DNA of 63,122 nt, filler included, from Sphacelaria rigidula (lineage: Eukaryota): NCBI GenBank assembly GCA_964200075.2. It is 4 parts of 4 records of this genome, joined end to end, with 100 filler letters (N's around TTAATTAATTAA, not from the genome) between each part and the next. Parts side by side here need not be neighbours in the genome. Positions count along the whole stretch, not along the records: positions 31,615 to 47,320 come from CAXNAA020001634.1; positions 47,421 to 63,122 come from CAXNAA020001635.1; 2 more parts are not named here. One strand, 5' to 3'. Within the stretch, counting starts at the first letter, position 1. Each line of letters starts with the position of its first letter. The position numbers were made by a program, and so were the translations under genes. This document shows positions 39,656 to 51,995 of this stretch, piece by piece. Under the pieces are notes generated by a model. The model was given only the letters and a program-made list of their open reading frames with translations. It did not search any database and was not told the origin of the DNA.

Positions 39656-42394
39656 CGCGTCGCGCGGTGATTATCGCTGCACAATCCTGCAGCTACAATC
39701 GGCCACTGCTGCCGCTCCTAGATCCTATACCGCGAGCTATCTCGTTGGTCTTTCCACCGGTATGAGTCTTTGCATGCACCACCTCAATGTTGAAATTGAT
39801 GTCTCCTTGATCGTTATGCCTTGGCGGGCCTCTTGAAACCGATTAACGTGAAATCCTACTGCGAGTGTTACGCTCCCCCTTGTTGTCGTTCGACGATGGG
39901 TACTAGTCTCCGTTGCCTAAAGAGTAGCCTGGTTTGTGTGGGTTTCCAGAGTGGACGATCGTAAGCCCCTTCGGTTCACGCGCTGATCTCATCGGCGGAG
40001 CGTGGGTTGTGTTTTATGTTGGATGGGTCGCTCAATTAACTATGCGAGTCACGTGCCCATACTGCAGCCCGGAGTGGTCAGGCTAAGCACCTCCACTGTG
40101 TGTACCATGAACTCGATACCAGCGCAACCGCATAGGTTATGCGCTGAGGCCGATGTTCGTTGTTTGCAAGGCTAGGGGAATTCCCCATCGCTCTTTGTTT
40201 TGTTGTATCTTACCCCTTTTTGTGGTGTGGGATATTGTGGTGAAACGTGAGTCTTCGAAGCACTTCAAGCTTCTGCAAACTGACGCATCAGAGTGGGCTA
40301 TTGTCATGACATTTGCAGGGGCTGGTCTCGGGATCCCTCGAGTGTACATGTCTCGAAGTGAAAGCAATGTTTGGATATTAATCTTCGATTTTGCGTTTGA
40401 GAGACGCCAGTTTGTTGGAAGATCGAAATCGATGTTCTGAATAGCAGTCGATGCGATAATCGTTGTATGGTTGATTTGTTGTTTGCTGCGCATCGAATGT
40501 CCATGTGCACAACAGATAGCGTTCCCGGAAGGTTCGTTGGATGGAGGATTTGTGCTTTTTGAGCCTTGTACCACGACTATGTGTGGATATATTTCAGCGT
40601 GTAGGGTATCTATATGTCGGAGCGTTGAGTGCCTCCCATGAGCACTCACTCTATCTCGGGCCCAGGACATCATCAGCTTTTGCCGACGTTGCTCTGAGTT
40701 CCAAGTGAGTCCTTACCAGTACGCTCTTTAGTTGGGAGGAACTACTGGCTCCGGTTCGTATTGCAACCTACATCAATTTATGGCTCGTATTGTAACCTAC
40801 ATCAAATCCAGATGTTCACAGTTCGTATTGTAACCCACAAATCAATTTATTTCTGTGAACATCTGTATTTGAACTGTTACTGTGGTTCGGATTGTATTGA
40901 TCCGTTGCATCCAACTGTGCACTGCAACGGGCGCATACGACTCAAGCCTCTGTTCGTGGGAACATAGCAGGACAAAGGTGTACTGGGGCTGCCTTCTCGA
41001 AGGCGACTTGGCCAAGTATACATCACTAATACGAGATGCTCGGAGAAAATACGGGAAAAACGTACCCTACTTAATATGTGGCCATCTTCACGAGGCGACT
41101 GAATGTGGCAAACCTAGCTGGGCGGTGGAAGGAGAGACGGAGCTGTAGTCATGAGTTCCGCCCATCCCTCTGCCGATGCCTTGCAGTTTGCAGTAAACAT
41201 GTATGTACTAGGCGGGGACGAACAAGCTGTGTGTGGGCAGTGATCTCCGTAGCTGAGCACTGCCCAGAACGTGTAAAGGGAGTATGCAGCGGCTGCTGCT
41301 GCAGACGGAGAGGCGTAGTGTACTGCATGTACGCCGCAACCCCCATGGCCTTTCAAGAGAATCTGCCGCTTGCAACAAGAAGAGGGAAATTGCGGCCCAC
41401 CCCGACCACAGAGGGCTATGTGGCAAGGTGATGGGGTTAATAGTTTCATCCAAAGCCACAAGTGGCGGGCGGCTCGCCGGAAACGACATCCTGATGAAAG
41501 CTCTCTACGGCGACCCATACTGCTTGTAACACCTGTACATTAAACAGTGGATCCTGGAAAATGGGGTCGATATCAAAAATGACGTTCAAGTAGCATATCG
41601 GTTTGGCAGGGATGACGCGAAACAGTCACACCAAGCGAAACTATATTTCGCCCCAAAGCTCAGCAGAAGTGAATCAGGTGTGGCTAGGTGCACCGAACGA
41701 ATGTGGTGTACACGCGTGTCGATGACGATATCACCAGAGAGGAAAGCAACGACAGCGAGGAGGTTCCTCGCCCGTGTCTTTTGTGTGTCCTCGCTCGGCA
41801 ATTACCAGTCGCTCGAGAGACTGGCATCATGCATGTTACCAGCATGTACCCAATTTCTCTTATGTCGGTAGGTATGCTATTATGTTGCTGCGCACAGTCT
41901 CCCAAAAAACATCGAGCTGCGGAGAGATTTCGTCTCTCCTTGCCTGTGGACGTCACCAATGCGAACATCGATTTCTCTCTGCCTCTCTTTTTGGACAGGA
42001 CGCGCCAATTTGCGCTGAAAAAAGTTCGTTGAAAAACAGGGCAATGTCCCTGTCACCGCTACTACTGTTATCTGCCACACACATGCTAGCAAGGACGATG
42101 CGCTGCGGCAAAGATAACAGATCCACTTCGAACTTGGGGGGGGGCTATTCATCGTTGATATTACCCGACATTACATATGTGACCATCTCGGTGCCCGACC
42201 ATGAGAGCGTGCCACAGGCCAGTTGGGGTGTGTGTGAGAGACATATTCTTGACCTGCGGAGTGAAAAACGATACCTTTGATGGTGACCAAACTGTTTCTA
42301 GCGTGGTGCAGAGGGGTGCGTCAATGCTGCAATCTGGAGCTTTCGTTGCTCTACTCTACTGACTCCCGTCTGCAGAGAGACCACCCACCGGAAC

Positions 42395-42769
42395 AACGTA
42401 TAACAGGTGATTCTATAAAATGAGGTTGAATGAAATGAGATTTGAGGAGGTTAGCCAGTATGCGACAAAAACCCGAGGGAAGTACCGTCCGCAAGCGCCT
42501 TCGATCATCTTCGGGGGGGCGGGGGGGGCGTACTTATTCGTTGCTTGCCTTAGTCGTTTGACTGTTGACCTTTCGAGACGGGGCCTCACGGGGCGTGGTC
42601 AACGGTCAAACGACCAAGGCAGACAACAAATGAGTACGCCCCACCCCCCCGAAAATAGTCGAAGGCCCTCGCGGACGGTACTTCCCTCGGGTTTTGTCGC
42701 ATACTGGCTAGCCTCCTCAAACCTCATTTCATTCATCAACCTCATTTACAGAATCCCCTGTTATACGTT
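42395..42769. mobile_element. 375-bp foldback element (MITE with ~175-bp inverted arms)
   Basis: aacgtataacagg...gccagtatgcgacaaaaacccgagggaagtaccgtccgc pairs with gcggacggtacttccctcgggttttgtcgcatactggc...cctgttatacgtt; ~26-nt central spacer. Confidence 0.9.
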
Positions 42770-44777
42770 TTGTACCCAATTTCGGAACAGCTATAGAAAC
42801 AAAATCATTCGATTTTCTAAACTACGTCCACATGATTGAAATGACTTTTGGTATCTCAATTTCTCGTGTGAGTCGACGAAAATTTGATAAGACACGACCT
42901 AATCATGGTTTATGTATGATCCCAAGCGAGAAATCGAAGTATAATATGAGAGCCCGACACACGTTTTGGAACTAAACTATATTTCTACGACCACTTTTGG
43001 ACGAGTTCCGCCCCCCCCGGTCGTTGGGGGCCGGTACTCCAAGTGTACAGCCCCCGGCTCTCGCTCTTCGACATTCTCGCTCGATCTAACCGATCCGAAC
43101 AGTTTGAATCAACAGATCTACGGTTCATTTATTTTCCTCAATACCTATTACACTACAGCTAGATCCCGTACTTCTATCACGTACGGTTGTCAGTGCCCTT
43201 CTCAACGAAGGGAATCATCCCCTTTTCCACAATCCTTTTTTGCCAGGGGATTGGCCCCATAACGACCAGTGCCGAGTCCTATCGAGAAACAGTTTTGTAT
43301 AGATTCGACCTCAGACCTGCCCGCAGGTTAAGAGATGTGGCGGATCCGGAAGTGGTCGTTAGTCCAAGGTCTGTGTGATGCTGTAGACATCATACAACAA
43401 GGCAACACAACACCTACACACCCAACCCCGAAAAAACACGGACATACACCCACCACTCACGCGCATTAGTTTTACTACTAGCCCTTGCTAATCTACACAC
43501 AGTAGTCTTCGTTTGACGGAAACCCGTTCTATAATGGACGAATTGTGACCGCGTGCGTGTCAAAACCAATCGGTTATGTGTCGTTGCTAACCGCTTTGTA
43601 AGCGCGTGCTGCGCGCGCGTCTCCACAAATCATAATCTTTCAATGAATTCTCAATATGAGCAAGGCCACGCACGACGTGCACAGCTGGTGAGCAGTTTCG
43701 GCTTGAGCTGTGAGTTTTTTGTTCGCGGGGCCACCAAGTTCCTCAGGTTCAGCTGTGATTGTGTTGGGTTGTGTGGTAGCATCCGCATGTGCCCCTGTCA
43801 AGGGGACAAACACGTTCCCCTTCGAGGTGCACACAAATCCCATCTTGAAATGGGGAATTCGGGAAGTGTTTTTGCACTTTCTGATATCCCCTCTCCAGAG
43901 GGGATTTCTGTGCACGTTGAAGGGATTCTTTTGGGGAAGGGGGAAAGGAGTGTTATCGCAGCGACCGATCAACGGTCGTTTTTCAAAGAGGGGATTTTGG
44001 AAAGGGGGATTATCTTCTTCGTTAAAAAGGGCCCTCACACCCGCTCGATAGATGAAGTTTCATCACCAAGTTTCCGACAACACGACATCGAAATTTGAGT
44101 CTCACGCACGATCTGCTTCTTTTTTCAAATTCTACCGACTCTGGAACTTTCGAGTTAATACGAAATTTTGACAAATCGCCTTAGAAGCATTCTCGCTTGA
44201 GTGAGTACGGACTTTTGAATTTGCAAGCTTCTTTTCTGTAGGGTGCGGTTTTCTGTGTACCCGGGGTATTATCCCGGGTATTTACCGTATCCGACACTTT
44301 CATATCGGTACCCGACAGTTCTAATTGAATGTTGCCGAGCTAAACACTAATGCATGTGGACGTGGATTGATTCGGGTACATGCGGGGCAGATTGACGATA
44401 TATCATGGGTACCGGATATCGTGTACGGTATCGGGCTATCGCATCGTCGGATTGTGCTATGACTGGGTGTATGAAATATGAGGGAACCCAGCATGCGGTC
44501 TGATCCTCCCGGATCATTATTCTTGTTCTGTGCGTTTTGATATTGCATTTCGGGGTGAGAGAGAGCAGCTCGGGTGGAGCGTGCACGGTTGATGTTTGGT
44601 GAGTGAAGGGTATACGAGATTATTACAAGACGTTACTATACATCTTCTGCCCAGAGCAAGTCCTCTAAGAGGCGCTCCCTTGATCATTTACGCTAGCGGA
44701 TTGAAAACGGGTCGATTGCAGCCGGGTATAGCAGGGAAGAAATTCAAGTTTGAGCAGTCAAGTTCGAGGAAAAGACT

Positions 44778-45060
44778 GCAGCAGAAAAGCGCATTGAGCC
44801 AACTCGAGGGAGTCACGCAGCGAGAGTTCACTACAGTTTGAGCAAATACAGCAGGAGTAATAGCGCTTGAGCCAATTTGAGGGCAGTGAGCGTTTGTTTG
44901 GTACAGTTTGAACGAAATACAGCAGCAGTCATAGCGCTTGAGCCAACTCGAGGGAGTCACTCAGTGAGCGTTTGGTACAGTATGAGCAAGATACAGCAGC
45001 AGTCAAAGCGCTTGAGCCAACTTAGGGGAGTCACGCAGTGAGCGTTCAATATAGTTTGAG
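44778..45060. repeat. ~73-bp minisatellite x4
   Basis: gcgcttgagccaactcgagggagtcacgcag...cagtttgagcaaatacagcagcagtca recurs at ~44790, 44863, 44934 and 45008. Confidence 0.9.
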
Positions 45061-45516
45061 ATAATAACAAGCACCGGCGAAAGATAGCTACAGTTGAACA
45101 AAGGCTACTAGAAAATAATTCAGTACGGAGGAGTTGTGTGATGAAGCTCGGAGGCGTTGCAAGATACACGCTGTGCGGGTCTGCTCGTAGACCCTGAGTT
45201 CCGTGACGCGTTGTTATCGCAATTGCTATTGTCACTAGTTGGGATTGTTTGGCCGCGGCCAGAGGTCGTGTTGACCCATCTAAATCGGTTACCGGCTCGC
45301 CTTGGTCTCTACACTGGGCCATCACTACGCTCTGCTGTTATGGCTGCGCCCCGGCTATGCTGAGTAAGAGAGGCTTGTATATAGAACATGATGCTAAGCA
45401 ATTACGTGAGTTCCTAGTCAACAGTCTGAACATGGATGAACCTACTCTGTGGTAGTCAAGGATTGATAGCTAGGTCTGTGTGAAGTTGCCCACGAGGGAG
45501 CTTGGTGGGTTGGCAC

Positions 45517-45725
45517 TGTAATGCGTGAGAGGACCGCGTGCTTAGAGGACCGCATCGGAATTTGAACACCCTTGGTTAGAGTTGGGGTTAAGGTTAGTGT
45601 TGGGATTAGGGTCAGGGGCATGGTACCTGCAGGGACTGACCCGATTAGTTTTGAGAAATGTCGATCCTGAGGTATTTGAAACTACAGCGCGGTCCTCTAA
45701 GCACGCGTTCCTCTCACGCATTACA
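45517..45725 (+). mobile_element. Telomere-motif MITE copy 4, with perfect 5-bp TSD GGCAC
   Basis: ggcac|tgtaatgcgtgagaggaccgc...ggttagagttggggttaaggttagtgttgggattagggtcaggg...cacgcattaca|ggcac. Confidence 0.92.
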
Positions 45726-47167
45726 GGCACCATGGTATCTCCTGGCACACATACTGAGAGACCCCAGCCAGTGCAGTAGCTACTCCCTCCATATGACAAT
45801 TTGCGTCGATAAACGGACCTTGTTCTGCTTTGTTAGGAACTCTTTGTGTTGCTGGGCGTTGTGTCTTTCTGCTCAAGCTGTAGCCAGTATTTCGTTTTTT
45901 TTTTCTGCGTCACTTGTATTGAGTGAGGCGCCCTTGTGATATTCTGATAGTCATGAACGTCAGCTCAGTCTGGGCTCGGTTGTATTGTACAATGGTGGTG
46001 AAGACTGTTGTAACTTGCCCCCGCTTCGCGTATTAATTATACGTATATACCCCTCCGTTGGTACACTGCTTGTAGCTGTTGAGCGATTTGGTGTAGCTGC
46101 CCTTGGTCCTGTTCCCGCTTGTTTACATCCGCGTGAGTGCCATGGTGACGCACTTTGTTGGTTTCCCGACCAAAAAGAGATCTGGCCGGAACTACGTCCA
46201 ACTTCCGCCTCGTGCATAGAGTCAACCGTGACTCTGTGCACGTGTATGTAGCCAACCTTAACTCTGTATCACCACAGTGTGTCCACTCTGCTTTCGAACA
46301 GGGTATCGCACGCGCCATTTTGCCCTGTGCAAACTGTGTCATTCCTAAAATTGTGGTGGTTGAAAGTTGGTTTCGACGGCTCATGCTGTAGTAGAATATA
46401 GCTGATTTGCTTCGTGCCGAATTCACCCCCCCCCCTGTACCTCGGCATATAAGCCGTGACTGTCTCTGGAAGTGTCGTTCCAGATAATAAAGCAACTCAT
46501 TGTAAGCTATCATCCAAATGCAGGATAATCAATACGCCTCGGGCCGAACAATCTTAGCCAGATGCAGCTCAGCCTTCATGCGACTCGCCAACCACACCAC
46601 GGCGCTTCGCGCTTGGNNNNNNNNNNTCCGTCCCGGCATGGTAGGGATGCGAGGTCTATGGGCTTATGACTATGGCATGCATGATCATGAGTACACCCCC
46701 TGTACCTCGGCGAGCACCCCAGATATTAGTAGATGCGCAAAACCCCCCGTACCCCCCGGACGCCCTTTTGTATGCTGCGGTACCCCACCGCGCAGCATGG
46801 TTCTGAGGTGTGGGAAACTAAACCTTTAGTCGTTGAAACAATACCTTCCCTGTGACAGCACACGCATGAATACCGTACGTCGCGTTGTTGACGTTGGCAC
46901 AACTGATTCGAGTCGACAGTAGTAGTTGATTTCCGCCATTCTGGGACAATGCCGCCCCGTCGATTTCCTTGTCATGGTGTATGTATTTTTGTTTTCCGTC
47001 AAGGGTACTACTACAACCTTGCCTTCGGATGTAAGACCACGAGCTTGTTGGCCGTCCAAAACAGTTGGGAGAAGTAAGCCCACGACCACGATGGCCTTCC
47101 AAAAGAAATTGGGCTTCGGATGTAGGCCCACAGTTGGTTTTTCCCGATGTTTGCCCACATCGCTTCA

Positions 47168-47320
<153 letters not shown>

Positions 47321-47420
47321 NNNNNNNNNNNNNNNNNNNNNNNNNNNNNNNNNNNNNNNNNNNNTTAATTAATTAANNNNNNNNNNNNNNNNNNNNNNNN
47401 NNNNNNNNNNNNNNNNNNNN
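47321..47420. other. Artificial scaffold spacer N44-TTAATTAATTAA-N44
   Basis: Identical to the other two spacers. Confidence 0.97.
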
Positions 47421-47480
47421 CTTCCTCTGGCTCCCTGGCTTTTTTGTCTCCTCGGGCGGTCGGTGCTGGGGGGGCTGGGT

Positions 47481-47499
<19 letters not shown>

Positions 47500-47511
<12 letters not shown>

Positions 47512-47600
47512 CGTACTCATTTGTTGCTTGCCTTAGTCGTTTGATCGTTGACCACGCATCCCTTTCGAGCACCGTTCCTACTCCTAATAGAGACACCTCC
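47500..47600 (+). repeat. Dispersed repeat shared with 42520-42580 and 62880-62990
   Basis: G-run then gtactcatttgttgcttgccttagtcgtttga.c.ttgacc...agcaccgttcctac.cctaatagagacacc. Confidence 0.85.
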
Positions 47601-49276
47601 TACATTCTGGCGGGGGGGGCGTTCTCATATATTCTGACGGGAGGGGGGGAGGGGGGCGTCATTCAGTTTTCCTGGTCGCTCAGAGCAAGTGGTCGGATCA
47701 TGCGGTCGGCCGTATCCATTGGATATTGTTGTTGTGTAGGAGTTCTGCGATTGTTCATTGTCGGCTTCTGGTATACAATTCGTTGTTATACTTGGACAAA
47801 ATCGACTAAACTATTCTTCTTTTTTTTTTTATCATATCACCACACCAGTGCAAAACAAACCCTTCTGAAAAAGGCCACCCCAAGACACCGCCACTTCCTC
47901 ATCAAATCTCGCGAAAACGCAGTAATAGTAAAAAAAATGTCCAATGAAAACACGGGGTTAAATGGAATGGTCAAGCCCTTTACTCACTCATCCCGCGTAT
48001 ACACCGTCACCAAAAGCACAATATGGAATGTACCGTGCTGTGCTGTGCTGGGCTGTACTGTAAACGCGCTGCTGGTGGGACTATCCGATAGCCGAAAGAC
48101 GTCCAGGCCGTATCTTCTGCACGATGGCCCACACGTTTCTCATTCAGGGACTCCCAAAGGTAGAGCACAAGAATATGGATGAGAGTATTCTCGTTTTAAA
48201 ATCCATCGAGGATATCACAGGCTCATTGGAATGCTGGCCGTGTCGTGCTCTCACATATTTCACAGGTGTTGTTTTGCATGAGATATAGGGCTCCTAACAG
48301 GTCCAACCTTAGAATTCGTTTGTGCACCCCTACCGCGGCACCACTCGCCTGTAAGAAACGTCGTCTCTACATAGCTGAGTTGTAATTGAATCCACGGTCG
48401 TATTCATCTTGTTTCGTTTGGTACAACCTCCTTAGCAGAAGCCATGCGGCACGGACCTACTGTATTTTTTTCTTCGGACCGGTACTAGATCACGGTCCGG
48501 AGTTTTGCTTCTTTTGATGTTCTGTGTTTTATTTCTGTGACACATACCAGGGGCTAGGGTGTGATCAGAACGAGTGGAGAGCAGACTAGTATCATAGCGA
48601 TTGAACACGTATGTGTATGTGTGTAAAAGGGGTTGCATGTATGAAGAACGTCGAGTGCGTCGTGAAACGCCTAAGACGACGCGGAACTACTGCACAGCTA
48701 AGTATGGATACAACATCTACGTACTTGCGGATTGGTGAAAACAATGCAATCAAGCACGTGCGCTTGATATGTCCGCGAAATGCGGGAAACTCGGAAACTT
48801 GAGTTTTTGACGCAAAACTAGAACCATGTACAAAAGGAGTTTGTATTCGGGATAAACCTAGTCCTGGTCATTTGCCAAATCCATATACTTCAGGGCACCT
48901 GTACTGGCGTATCTGGAACAGAAAGTTGGGACACGAAAAACTGCAACAAATTATGATGGGCAAACCTACGTACCGATAGATAACGACCAAGAGTAATGCT
49001 TCCAAGAGCCTCCTCTACATCACGTCTGTGTAATGTGTTCTCTGCCCTCCGCCATCCACACGCAACGATTACATCAGTGATATCGGGATCCGCCTCCACC
49101 CACAAGCAAATCGCCCTTCTCAAGTGCAACTATCAATTATCCTCCGCACAAGGGTCACGTATATATGTGACGGTGTGTTTGATATCACACGGGTCGCACT
49201 CGTCCATGGAACGCACAGGCGACCCAAGGGACGGAAACGTTCGTTTTCTCACACCGGGCAAGAAGAGTAGACTCAT

Positions 49277-51962
49277 TCAAGGCAGGAGCCTGTCAGGTTG
49301 GTCGTGTTCCCCTTCGCCTGGCTCCACAACAGGAGGGCAAATGACCATCGAGCTGCCCCGTTCGTCGTCACCCATAGCCCGATCATCTTGTCCATCACAA
49401 TTCTGTTGTGATGATGCCCGGTTGAGAGCAAGGCCCACCGTCCTTGCTGTGCCTTTGCAGTGATAAATGCCTAGAAGATGACTGCGGTACGACCATGTAT
49501 ACATTGCGCACAACGACGATTGGCGAAAGGGAGTAGGGGGCGTGGTCGAACGGCGACTATTTTTATGCCGTGCGAACGTTGTAAAGATGTGTCAAAATCA
49601 ACGGCAAATTTTGGTTCAGTGAATTCCCGTCATCCTCAACTCGGAAGGTGTCACATGAGTCCATCGCCCGCGTACTATGGGGTACTACAGGCGGTGCTTA
49701 TTCCGCGAGGCACCACACTCTGCATGAGAGAGGCTGTATCCTGAGCAAGGGGCGCTTTCCGAGATAGTCGCTCGGATGCCTTGAAGAAGTTCCTCAGTTC
49801 AAAGGTAACAAAGCACTCGTTATCTCGATCGTAACTGTGCAACAGACCTTCGGTATACATCACCTTGCTCTCTCGTGCATCTCAGGGCGATGGCTGATGA
49901 CGATGCACTGCTCATTGCCATCGCTTGTTCTCGCAGCTAGCATGGCCGCCACGCGGCGGACTTTGTGCGTGTCTAGGGCAGAGTCGATCTGCCGCGCGTG
50001 ATAAAATAAATACAGTACGGAGCACGAAATGGTCGAGTGTGCGTAAGAGACACATTCGCCCGAGAGTGTAGTGTTCATCTAGTTTAAGGAACTTTCATTG
50101 ATCAAGGCACGCTTGACTCTCTGCAAGCCAGCACGGCCAGAGGGTACAAGTTTGTAGATACACGAAAAACGCGGTTGTCTGAACGTACACACCGTGTACG
50201 CTCTCTGCTACGAGTGCTTGGGTGTTGTACTACATTCACCCCTGTTGTGACACTCGTCTTGGGACTGCAGTCAGCTGAGTTCGTCGGTGACGAGATGCGG
50301 CTACCGGTGTGTCCGATCGAGATATATTACCCCTGCGCTTATCTCGCACCTCATCCATGAGATACAACGGAGCTGGACGCACAGCCTGTGTGGCGAGATT
50401 GAGAGCTAGGCCAACAAGGGCTACTTGTCCACCGCTCAGCTGTCCTGGGCCCCGCCAAGGACTATTTGCGTCCGGCTTTGCCTGCACCGCCAGACCCTCA
50501 CTCAGGAGGAGAGATCTGTAATCCCAAAAGATCACGTTTCAGAAAACACACGTGGAGTTCAGTAGGATCGCTTCATCATGATGTAGCAAACATCGCCGCA
50601 CAACACTTCACGCAGTTGATTAGGCATATATGTGTACTCGGAGGAGTAACGTCGGCGAAATGCTCGTTTTTGTTTGCATAAACAACGCAACGGCGAAGGA
50701 CAACCACGTTGAGCTCTATTTACATCCAACTCCATTGAACATAGACACGAGATGTACAGCTTATCCATCCCCCTGCTCGTACGCTCAAAAATATCGAAGT
50801 GGGCCCAAAACGCTAGCTGCTGGGAAGGCACCTTTCACGGGAAAAGCGTAGGAAACAATCTCCTCCTGGCACATCCCGTACGCCGGGTTCGTCTCCATTC
50901 CCGCCTCTTGATGAATCCGGAGGGTAATTTAGGTCTGGAAGTGAGTCCGCATAGTTTAGAGATAGGAGATATTTATAAGTCATTGGCACACTTACCTGCA
51001 GGTCACTTTGACTTCTCTGGGCACTCCGCTATCCTTGCCAAATATTGCACTAGCCGTAGAAAAGAGAGAAGGGGTAGTCTCTGCGACATCTCATCTTGAT
51101 TGAACATTTGCTAGCTGGCGATATCGGTCGTTCTGCGTGGTAATCATGCAGTGAAAGCTATCTAGGACCTCGCCACGAAGAAATACACACCACCGGACCC
51201 AGAGTACCTTCGATGCTTGTCAAACGCCTGAAAATAGCCCCGAGAGCTCTGTTGATGTCTTCAAGACAATCAATCAGACTAGCGTGCCGCGTTGCCTCTA
51301 CCCTTTCTTTCTTGTCCATGAGCGCAATCACCGAGTCTTGAACCCGTTCCTGCCTGCCGACAAGCTTAGCCGAGTCCCGATCCAACCTTTCGAAACCCAC
51401 AACACACCAAGAGGCAGGGCGAAGTAACTGGATTCCAAATTTGTGCAGCAAGTACATGCGCACAAGGCGCCAACAATGAAGGATTGGAAATTTTACATCA
51501 CTTTTACCCCAAGTATTTCTGGCGTCGCAAATTTTAGGCGAACGTCACCGAGTCTGCAATGTAAGCAAGGAGGTAATCCTATCTTCGCTGTGCTAAAGAT
51601 CGAATAGTCAACGATGCGACGGGTGCTCTAAGCGAAAGTATGGAATACGTAATGGTCTAAGCACACGTCGATGCCATTGGTTCTCTGCAGGTGGCGGTCA
51701 ACCTGGACAAAAACAAAATGTCGCGTTTACCCTGCGTACAAAAGGGTGACGGAAAAAGCATGTCGGTGCAGTATCGAGCGACCAAACACCATGGAATAAT
51801 GATCCGTACTACCCCTTGGCATTACGGCGAATGGGGGGGGGGGGGGGGGGGGCGACCCCTTCTTGGGGGTTTTTTTTTGGGGGGAGTTTTTTTTTCAAGA
51901 CGGGTTTTTTTCCCAAAANNNNNNNNNNGAAGGTCATTGGCTAGGTCTCGTCGGGCGTTGGT

Positions 51963-51995
<33 letters not shown>

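Noticed and set aside
44778..45060. Regular ~73-bp periodicity resembling a CRISPR array
   Set aside because: Whole units are similar, so there are no unique spacers; no cas genes; eukaryotic context. It is a minisatellite.
49675..49863. 62-aa ORF as the SMC C-terminus
   Set aside because: It starts at the GT donor after exon 49864-49988. The downstream exon 49277-49481 supplies the expected LxGIY strand in frame.
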